From positions 1 through 35,787 of IMG/VR virus record IMGVR_UViG_3300025018_000328: a stretch of DNA of 35,787 bases, one strand, 5' to 3'. The position numbers and the translations under genes were made by a program. Positions 6,923 through 15,400 of this stretch are shown here, piece after piece (position 1 is the first letter of the stretch; each line of letters begins with the position of its first letter). This DNA is from a virus. Lineage: Duplodnaviria; Caudoviricetes. The notes beneath the pieces are model-generated. The model saw nothing but the letters and a program-made list of their open reading frames with translations, ran no database searches and was not told the origin of the DNA.

Positions 6923-9100
6923 GTGGCTATTAGTTGGAACATAAACGATACTACCGACAACTTTCAAAAACCTGATAAACCGTTTTGGGAACTTCCCCAT
7001 GATGACGAGCCTTTTAATAAAGAAATTCATGCTTGGCTACAAGGGGAATTGAATTATTTAAAACAAGAAAATAAAAATAGAATTAATCGCATAGAAAGTA
7101 ATATTTGTCGTTTTAAAGGTATTCAATATCGCGATCAATTGCCTAACTTAACAAGAGTGTCTCCCACAGGGGATAGAATTTCAAGACGAAATCCTGTAGA
7201 AAAAATAGTTGTTAATCATATATTTGATTTTGTGAAAAATCGTGTATCGCGTGCAATGCGCTTTCAGCCAGGCATTCAAATGATCCCTCGTCAAGATAAG
7301 TTTAGATCAAAAAACTATTCTAAAATGGCTAAGTCATTTCAAGAACATATTTGGTATATAAAAAACTATCAGAGATTACTTCGAGCTAATTGGAAACGTA
7401 TTGTTGAAGTGTGTGGAGAAGCGTATTTGTTTATTCTTTGGGATGCCACCGCAGGAGACCTTCATCCAGCATATAAGGAATTAAGAAAAAACAAAATTCC
7501 TTTACTAGACGACAACGGAAGACCAAAATATGACAACGAAGGTAACCCAATATTAATAGAGAAACCTGTCTATGTTGGCGAAGTTGACTATCAACTAGAA
7601 CATCCTATGAATATATATTTAGAACAAGTTAATAGATATGAAAATGTTAATTACTTGTTTCGTCGTGTAATCATGGATTCACACGCAGTAAAATTAAAAT
7701 ATCCTAAACGCATATACATACTTAACTCAGACGAAAATGCTATATTTTACGATTTTGATAACATGGAGTATAAATCGGTTGAAGGCAAAACCGAGGTTTG
7801 GGAGTTTTACTATAAACCTACAGACAAAGTATCGGACGGACGCTTAATCATATTTACAGAAAATGGTATTCTTAGGAATATTAAAAACCCATATAAGAAA
7901 ATTCCTTGTGTTCGATGGATAGGAGAAGATTGGGGAGATCTATACGGGCATTCATTTATAGAAAATGTCGGACCAATCCAAGGCATGTATAATAATTTAC
8001 AAAACTTAATTTTAAGAAATGAAATCATGGTATCGCATCCCAAGTGGGTATATCAAGAGGGATCTGTCAACCCAGCTAATCTTGGAAATGAAATATCATT
8101 AACTCCTTACAAAGGACAAGTTCCTCCAATGCTTGTACAGGCTAACCCAACACCACAAGAGATATTTATTAATTTAACCAAATTAGAAGAAGCAATGCAG
8201 AAATTAGTTGGTGTGCTTGGAGTATCAAGAGGAGAACCGCCTCCTGGTGTAAAAGCAGGTGTTGCAATTCAATATTTAGATCAACAAGAATCTGACAGAT
8301 TCAATGAAGACGTGGCCATTCAAGCCGAAGTGGATAAAATGGTTGCCCAACAAACGCTTGATGTATGTAAAAACAATTATGATGAATCAGACGGTAGAAC
8401 AATTCGAGTAATTGGAGAAAACAATCAATGGATTACCCAGTTCTTTGATATAAAAGCATTAGAACCAGAGTATGATATTATTGTACAAAACTCGTCTGCA
8501 TTGCCTGAAACTAAAGCCGCAAGAATACAAACAATATTAGATATCAATGAAGTGTTTCCAGATTTACTACCAAGAGAACAATTACTTGATATGTTGGATT
8601 TGGGACAGTCTGAAAAACTAATGGACACTGTAACCTTGTCTGTTAAAGCTGCAGAAGCTGAAAATGAAATGATGATGAAAGGAAAAGAAATACCAGAACC
8701 CAAAGAATATGAAGATTTAACAAAACATTGGGCAATACATTTAAAATTAATTAGAGAATGGCAATTCAAAAACAGAACTCCCAAAGAAGTACAAGACAAA
8801 GTAATAAGTCATTTGAGGGCCACAGAATATTTAATGATTGATAAAGGAGTTAGAAGCCCAGCGTATGCGCAATCACTTGACGCATTGGTGGATTTTCCAA
8901 CCGTGTTTAGATTGCCACAAGAAATTACTAATCCACAACCTGTAATGCCTCCACAACCTGTAATGCCTCCACAAGTTCCAGAAGGAATGCCCGAAATACC
9001 AATGCAAGAAAATCAACCGCCAATGCCTGATTTATCTGCACAAGTAGAAAACAATAACCCGTTGCCACAACAGAATTTACCAATAATGAATGAGGAATAA
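6923..9100 (+). CDS. Portal protein (P22-like size and position)
   Basis: 725 aa after terL. Contains GVSRGEPPPGVKAGVAIQYL, DIIVQNSSALPETK and a Pro/Gln-rich tail, as in podovirus portals. Confidence 0.88.
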   Translation: MAISWNINDTTDNFQKPDKPFWELPHDDEPFNKEIHAWLQGELNYLKQENKNRINRIESNICRFKGIQYRDQLPNLTRVSPTGDRISRRNPVEKIVVNHIFDFVKNRVSRAMRFQPGIQMIPRQDKFRSKNYSKMAKSFQEHIWYIKNYQRLLRANWKRIVEVCGEAYLFILWDATAGDLHPAYKELRKNKIPLLDDNGRPKYDNEGNPILIEKPVYVGEVDYQLEHPMNIYLEQVNRYENVNYLFRRVIMDSHAVKLKYPKRIYILNSDENAIFYDFDNMEYKSVEGKTEVWEFYYKPTDKVSDGRLIIFTENGILRNIKNPYKKIPCVRWIGEDWGDLYGHSFIENVGPIQGMYNNLQNLILRNEIMVSHPKWVYQEGSVNPANLGNEISLTPYKGQVPPMLVQANPTPQEIFINLTKLEEAMQKLVGVLGVSRGEPPPGVKAGVAIQYLDQQESDRFNEDVAIQAEVDKMVAQQTLDVCKNNYDESDGRTIRVIGENNQWITQFFDIKALEPEYDIIVQNSSALPETKAARIQTILDINEVFPDLLPREQLLDMLDLGQSEKLMDTVTLSVKAAEAENEMMMKGKEIPEPKEYEDLTKHWAIHLKLIREWQFKNRTPKEVQDKVISHLRATEYLMIDKGVRSPAYAQSLDALVDFPTVFRLPQEITNPQPVMPPQPVMPPQVPEGMPEIPMQENQPPMPDLSAQVENNNPLPQQNLPIMNEE
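8932..8974 (+). repeat. 18-bp tandem repeat in the portal C-terminus
   Basis: TCCACAACCTGTAATGCC x2.4, encoding PQPVMP PQPVMP PQ. Confidence 0.9.
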
Positions 9101-9103
9101 TAA

Positions 9104-10324
9104 ATGACAGAAACTATAGAAACAGATCAAACAACAGAACCTACAATTACGGAAACAAACACTTCTGGTTTGGATGATTTAACAAGCTTTGATGATTTAA
9201 CACCTAAAAAGTTTAATAAAATAGCAACTGCGCCAAAAGAAGATGTTAATGAATTTGATAACTTAAAAAGCGAAGTATTAGAAGACAAGGAGAAAAAAAA
9301 TGACAGCAAAGAAAAAAGCGAACCAAAACAAGAAAAAACCGATACTAAAAACATCGCAGAAAAAACCGATGAAGAAAAAGAAGTAAAAGAAGAAAAAAAA
9401 ACAAAGCTTATTAGCGTGAAGGATGGGGACAACGAATTGTCTTTGTCCTTGGACGCTAAAATTCCAACTAAAATTGACGGTGAAATAGAAGAACCAACAC
9501 TTAGAGATTTACAATCACAATATTCCGGTAAAATACATTTAGATCGTGAGTTTACTAAGTTATCAAAAGAAAAAGAGTTTTTACAAGCACAGACCGAGCA
9601 AGCCTTTAACGCATTGAAACAAATTTCTGATTCCGTAATGGTGGATAAAAACCCGTTAGCGGTGCTAGACTTTGTGGCCGAGCTTACAGGCATAAATCCA
9701 ATTCAATTTAGAAATGAATTTAAAGAACAAATCAAACAAGCCGCATTAGCCGAAGCACAACTAACACCAGAGGAAACATTAAGAAAACAATTAGAAGACG
9801 AGAGATCTTATTATAAAAGCGTACAAGAAAAACAACTTCAAAAACAACAAGAAGCTCAAAAATTCGAGCAAATGAAAATTGCCGCTAAAAATGCAATGAC
9901 TAAGTATGAAATATCACCAGATGATTATATGAGCGCATTTAATGAAATGAGAGAAGCAGGACAGTTTGATCCTAATTTAGGAATAGAGGAAAATGCCGAG
10001 CGTGTGGCCATGTTTTCTTTAGATAAAACAGCTACTAATCTTGTTAGCAATGAAATTAGAAAATATATATCAGAAGGCAATATAGAAAAAGATATTGCAA
10101 CGCTGAAAAACATTTGGTACTCTGATAGTGAAATCACTTTTGACGATATCAAACAATCAATCAAAGAAACGTACGATAAGAAAACCGAGGAAGCGTCAAA
10201 GAAAAAAAAGGCGAACTTGGTCTTATCAAAAAAGGTTGGTAGTGATGAATCACGAACTAATCAAACATCCCCTTGGGATAACGTTAACACCTTTGATGAT
10301 TTGTCGATGCTTCGTTTTAAGTGA
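9104..10324 (+). CDS. Probable capsid scaffolding protein
   Basis: Between portal and major capsid gene. Acidic/Lys-rich disordered N-terminus, KIDGEIEEPTLRDL motif and long helical segments. Confidence 0.75.
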   Translation: MTETIETDQTTEPTITETNTSGLDDLTSFDDLTPKKFNKIATAPKEDVNEFDNLKSEVLEDKEKKNDSKEKSEPKQEKTDTKNIAEKTDEEKEVKEEKKTKLISVKDGDNELSLSLDAKIPTKIDGEIEEPTLRDLQSQYSGKIHLDREFTKLSKEKEFLQAQTEQAFNALKQISDSVMVDKNPLAVLDFVAELTGINPIQFRNEFKEQIKQAALAEAQLTPEETLRKQLEDERSYYKSVQEKQLQKQQEAQKFEQMKIAAKNAMTKYEISPDDYMSAFNEMREAGQFDPNLGIEENAERVAMFSLDKTATNLVSNEIRKYISEGNIEKDIATLKNIWYSDSEITFDDIKQSIKETYDKKTEEASKKKKANLVLSKKVGSDESRTNQTSPWDNVNTFDDLSMLRFK

Positions 10325-10340
10325 TTTAATGTTATATAAG

Positions 10341-10384
10341 GACTGAATCGATAGGGAGCCGTAAGGGTAACCCCGAAGGTTAGC
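10341..10384 (+). promoter_or_regulatory. Structured leader upstream of the major capsid gene
   Basis: Nested pairing CTGA/TTAG, TCG/CGA, GGG/CCC and CC-GTAA-GG (GNRA loop), in a GC-rich island ~40 nt before the start codon. Confidence 0.5.
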
Positions 10385-10425
10385 TAATTGAAATACAAAT
10401 TAATTAACTTTTAAGGGAGGCTATT

Positions 10426-11679
10426 ATGGCTGGTTACGTAGTCAATTCAACTAATACTGTTAACAATGGTATTTTAAAACAAGTTTATTCCAAACTTGCA
10501 ATCAATGCTTACAATTCTGAAAATAAAGTACTAAGTCAAATTAAAAAAACGTATGATTTTACAGGCTATCAAAAAGTGTTCTCTGTACCATCATCTTTTT
10601 CCGGCGGTGTTGGTTCCGCATCTATTCCAACAGTTTCACCTTCAATTGATAGAAATGCAGTTTTACTAAGAAAAAAAGTGTACTCTAAAATTGAAGTAGA
10701 CCGTGAAGCTGCAATGGCATCTAAAACAAGTGAAGGCGCATTCTTTGAATACACAAAGTATGCAATGAAAAAATGTGTTGAATCTTTTTTAAGAAATCAA
10801 TCAAGGATATTGTTTGGTGGAACCGGAGCATCCAGTGGAGCAATGGGTGGGGATGGGTTACTAGGAACCACAAACACAGATATTACAGCAAGTACAACCT
10901 CAATTGTTATTGTTGAAACTGGAAATGAATCTGTATGGGAAGAACAAGACATTGTTGATATTTACGACGGAGCTACATTAAAAAGTAAATTTTTAATTGA
11001 AGCTGTTGCAGTAAATGCAACAACCAACGTTGTAACACTAACTGTATCCAACGTATCACACGTTGCAGACGATGCTACAAACGGTCTTAGCCTTTATATG
11101 CAAGGGTCAAAAGGCGCAGAGCCTGTAGGCCTTAGAGCCGTAGCAGATATGAGTGGGACAGCTACATTGTATGGCTTATCATTTGGGCGCAGATGGCAAA
11201 TGAACACAATAGATGCAAGTTCTGCCGGAATATCTGTAGACTTATTGAATCAAGGAATGGTTGAAACTGAAAGACGTTTCGGTCATGCACCTAAATTAAT
11301 CGTTGCTTCCTATAAACAATACAGAAAATTATTAAATCTTATTGAAGATGCAAAACGTTATCCAATGAAATCTGTAGAAAAAGTAGGCAAAGGATATTTC
11401 TCTTTTGAAGCTCTTGAGTTTATGTCTTCAAACGGACCAGTGCCTATTATTCCTGAAAGATTTGTGGATGACGATAGAATTTACGGACTCAACACAGATC
11501 CAGAATGTTTAAGAATTGAACATGCACCTAACTTCGGTTGGTTCGAAGATAATGGGGAAATAATTTTCCCTGGTTATGTTGGCGGCGGCTCGAGCGACAC
11601 GCTCATGGCCATTTACGGGGGATATTGTCAAAACGTAATATTGCCTCCCGCGCATTTCTGTATAAAATCATTGGCTTAA
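10426..11679 (+). CDS. Major capsid protein
   Basis: 417 aa after the scaffold, with a strong AAGGGAGG SD and a terminator downstream. The GPVPIIPERFVDDDRIYGLN segment resembles HK97-fold capsid proteins. Confidence 0.85.
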   Translation: MAGYVVNSTNTVNNGILKQVYSKLAINAYNSENKVLSQIKKTYDFTGYQKVFSVPSSFSGGVGSASIPTVSPSIDRNAVLLRKKVYSKIEVDREAAMASKTSEGAFFEYTKYAMKKCVESFLRNQSRILFGGTGASSGAMGGDGLLGTTNTDITASTTSIVIVETGNESVWEEQDIVDIYDGATLKSKFLIEAVAVNATTNVVTLTVSNVSHVADDATNGLSLYMQGSKGAEPVGLRAVADMSGTATLYGLSFGRRWQMNTIDASSAGISVDLLNQGMVETERRFGHAPKLIVASYKQYRKLLNLIEDAKRYPMKSVEKVGKGYFSFEALEFMSSNGPVPIIPERFVDDDRIYGLNTDPECLRIEHAPNFGWFEDNGEIIFPGYVGGGSSDTLMAIYGGYCQNVILPPAHFCIKSLA

Positions 11680-11691
11680 TAAACTAAACAC

Positions 11692-11727
11692 AAAGAGTGG
11701 GGGTTATAAAACACCTCCGCTCTTTTT
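11692..11727 (+). terminator. Rho-independent terminator after the major capsid gene
   Basis: Stem AAAGAGTGGGGG / CCTCCGCTCTTT, followed by Ts. Confidence 0.75.
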
Positions 11728-11750
11728 GTACATTAAAAGGAGTGACTCTC

Positions 11751-12068
11751 ATGTTAAGAAACCCAGTAACAACTCAAAGAAGCGTAAGAGTACTTGCCGG
11801 AAACGTTGCAAGTAATGCATTAGTAGAAGGTGAATTTGATTCAAGCGTAGCAGTCGCATCAAGCGTATACACATTTACATTTAATGAACCATTTGCAAGA
11901 GATCCTGTGTGTGTTGCTTCCTCTCAAACAGCAGCTAAAAACTTACAGGTGCACACAATATCAACCTCGGGTTTTAAAGTAAGTTCATTTGCAGTTGACG
12001 GTACAACACCGGCAGACGCAGATTTTTCATTCTTAGTTTGGGGATTTGATGCGGCAGACGAAGTATAA
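11751..12068 (+). CDS. Putative capsid decoration protein with a gp53-like/H-type-lectin-like beta fold (start revised from 11697 to 11751)
   Basis: AAGGAG SD before the ATG at 11751; the upstream extension is the terminator. Pattern FTFNEPF..DPV.VAS...ISTSGFKV...FSFLVWG. Confidence 0.6.
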   Translation: MLRNPVTTQRSVRVLAGNVASNALVEGEFDSSVAVASSVYTFTFNEPFARDPVCVASSQTAAKNLQVHTISTSGFKVSSFAVDGTTPADADFSFLVWGFDAADEV

Positions 12069-12081
12069 GGAAATATAAATC

Positions 12082-12405
12082 ATGGGTCAAACATATAAGC
12101 AGCAATATGCAGATAAATTTGTTTTCAATAAATCAGTAAGTGCAAGTGGAATTATTGGAAACAATTCTTATGATGTATCGGTTGAAAGTAAAGTAAATAT
12201 AGTAGTGTCAGGAGCAGGAGCAGCTAACGAGGTTACTATTAAAGGTAGAATCTTTAAAGCTGCATTTGCAACTATTTCTACTATTACAGGTGATACAACC
12301 GGAATAATGCTTGATGTGTCTATTTATGATGAAATACAATTTGATTGTACTAATTATGATAGTCAAGCTTTTACAATAAAAGCATCGGGTTTTATAATAC
12401 TTTAA
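12082..12405 (+). CDS. Small virion protein, paralog of the N-terminal domain of the giant fibre
   Basis: Aligns end to end with residues ~1-110 of 12431..18208. Confidence 0.8.
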   Translation: MGQTYKQQYADKFVFNKSVSASGIIGNNSYDVSVESKVNIVVSGAGAANEVTIKGRIFKAAFATISTITGDTTGIMLDVSIYDEIQFDCTNYDSQAFTIKASGFIIL

Positions 12406-12430
12406 AATTACTATAGACGAGGTAATATAA

Positions 12431-15400
12431 ATGGCTACTTTTAAACAACAAAATGCAGATAAATTTAGATTTAATCACGTAATAACTGGAACTGGTGTAA
12501 TAGGCAACACTAGTTATCCCATAGAAGCGGAGCGTAGTTTAAGAGTAGTAGTACTCGGGGCTGATGCTACAAACGCGATAGTTGTAAGGGGTAGGATTTT
12601 AACCGGACCTGATGCTTCGGCTTGGGTAGACCTTGCAACTGTAACAGCCGATACGACTGGGACCACTATTGCTGTTGATATATACGATGAGTTACAATTT
12701 GAATGTACTGTGTTTGATGCTGTATCAACTAGCCTTGAAGTGTGGGCATCTGGGTTTGTCAACATAACTCCCGCATCGTCAACAGTAGGAAATGTCGACG
12801 GCCCGCTAACATCCACAGACAATGCCGTAGCCCGATGGGACGGGGCCGCCGGGGATACCTTGCAAGACAGCGGTATTATAATCAGTGACGGTAATGTTAT
12901 AACCGGAGCAACCAATATTATTTCGGGAAAACATGTATCGTTAAATAATGCTAACGCTGCTTTTGTATCTGCTTACGATACGCCAACTACTCAAACCGCG
13001 GATCAAAACGGGCTTGTGTTAGATTACGACACTAATTTTACGACAAATTCAAATGCTTTAACTGGAGTAGTAATTAATATTGACGGAACAGATGTTACAA
13101 ATAAATTTTTTGTTGTAGCATTGAAAGATTCTGTCCCAGTTTTTACGGTTGATATAGACGGCAACGTTTTTTTTGATGGCACAATAAATGGAACAGATCC
13201 GGCATTGTTTATAATAGGCCCTGGGTTATCGACGGACAACGCTTTGGTAGTTTATGACGGGGTTGACGGGGCTTTAGCAAAAGATTCTGGTTTATTAGCC
13301 TCACCTACTATAAATGATTTAGTTGTTCCGGGTGTTTTTGAAAGTAAAAGTTTATTTTATGTAAATGCAGGAGACTTTGTAAGCGTAGGTACCCAAACTC
13401 CACAAGTAGGATCATTAGTTGTGTTAGAGAGTGCAAGTACTAGTGAGGTATTGGAGTTAAATTCTCAAATCGCTGGCAATACAGGAGTTGTTTTAACTGC
13501 AAATCATTTAGAAACTGGAGCTTTAAATAATGCAATTTTTAGTATCAATGCAAATGCTTGGGATGATATTTTTTCTTCACTTCAAATATATTCACAAATT
13601 TTATTTAGTATCATCGATCCTACTAATACCACACAAACTGGGAAAATAGATTTTTATGTAATGGAAAGTGGCATTGCAACTAACATCATGCAGTTAAGTG
13701 GGGATGGACAAATAAATCTCAATCACATTACAACAATTACTAACGATCAAGACGATAATACTTTAAAATTAATTAGCACCAATGGTGTATCTCAACTTGG
13801 ACCTTCTATATCATTCTTTTACGATAACACCGTAGGCGTAGCAGGAGATATCGTTGGAGATTTACATACACAAGGTAAAAACGCTGCCGGGGATACTATA
13901 AATTACACAAGATTAATGATGACGATTGGAGATCCGGCGGCGGGTAGTGAAATCGGAATGTTTGATTTTCAAGTAAGAAACGGGGCCGCTTTTAATTCAA
14001 TATTAACGATAGATGCCGACGGACCTAAGGTAGACAGTAATCTTCTTGCAGCAAGTTCTGTTATATCCGTAACCGACAATGCTTTGGTAAGATTTGACGG
14101 TGTCACGGGTGCAATTATACAAGATTCAACTGCAACGATAGACGATACAGGCGTTTTAACCATGGCGGGTGAAATTGCTATGGGGACGAATAAAATAACA
14201 GGCTTAGGAGATCCAACTAACCCACAAGATGCGGTTACTAAAAATCATTTCGACACGGCTCAAGTAGCTTCAAACGTAAGTATGTCTGTTATTGGAGCAC
14301 CAACATATTCAAGCGTACAAGATTTGCAAAACGTGTTTCATTCTGCTGGATGGCTTTCCGGAGGAGACGTAACAGACAATCTTGATGGAACAGTTGCAGT
14401 GGCATCTGGAACCGGTGCTATAAGATCTGGAGCAAGTGCTGTATCCGAGCTATTGTTTTTTGATTGGGCAGCTTCGGCTAGCAAGGCACTAACCGATTTG
14501 GTGCAAAATTATATTTACATAGATTATAATGCAGGAACGCCGGCAATCGTAGTTTCTATAAGCCCACAAACTGATTTTTTTCAATTTATAGAACTTGCAA
14601 GAGTATATCGAAAAGGGACAGAGCTTCATATTAATGAATCCTTTAGACAAGCCGTAGGCGATCATGCATCCTTAATGTTACAGTTTAATGAAGATATAAT
14701 GCCCTACGCTCATGCAAGTGGATCTGCTATTTCTGAAACCGGGACAAGAAACATTGGAGTAACGGCGGGGGTTTTTTGGCAAGGGCTTACACGTTTTACC
14801 ACAACAGCTTTCGATTCATCCGTTGCAGGAACATTTTCATACTTTTATAGAGACGGGATAGGTGGATGGACAGAAGTAACAGCACAAACTCAAATAGATA
14901 ACACACAATATGATGACGGAAGCGGAGCATTAGCAACGCTAACAAATAACCGTTATGGTGTGCATTGGATATATCAAGAAACCGATTCCGATATTGTAGT
15001 AATATATGGACGAGGTGATTACAACACACTAGCTGCTGCTCAAGATGCAGATCCTTTTAATGATGTACCGCCAAGAATTTCAACACAAGGTTATTTGATT
15101 GGTAAAATTATTATTCAAAAATCCGCTTCAAGTTTCGCTGAAATTAATTCTGTTTTTGAATCAAGTTTTAGTATAAGCCCTACAAACAATCATAATGAAT
15201 TATCAGGAATACAAGGCGGTGCTGCTACGGAATATTATCACTTAACTACAAGTGAGCACACAGTAGCAACACAAGCGGCCACAACGTCATTAGACGGATT
15301 TTTAAGTTCAACAGATTGGAACACTTTTAATGATAAAGTTGATGGCCCTGCTAGTTCAAGTGACAATATAATTCCTAAATTTGATTTAACTACTGGAAAA

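Noticed and set aside
12387-12416. In-frame slippery heptamer G GGT TTT at the end of 12082..12405, a possible frameshift fusion to the giant fibre
   Set aside because: The -1 frame stops at TAG 12414-12416, and the fibre is in the +1 frame, which is also closed by a stop. A similar heptamer at 11969-11975 meets TAA immediately.
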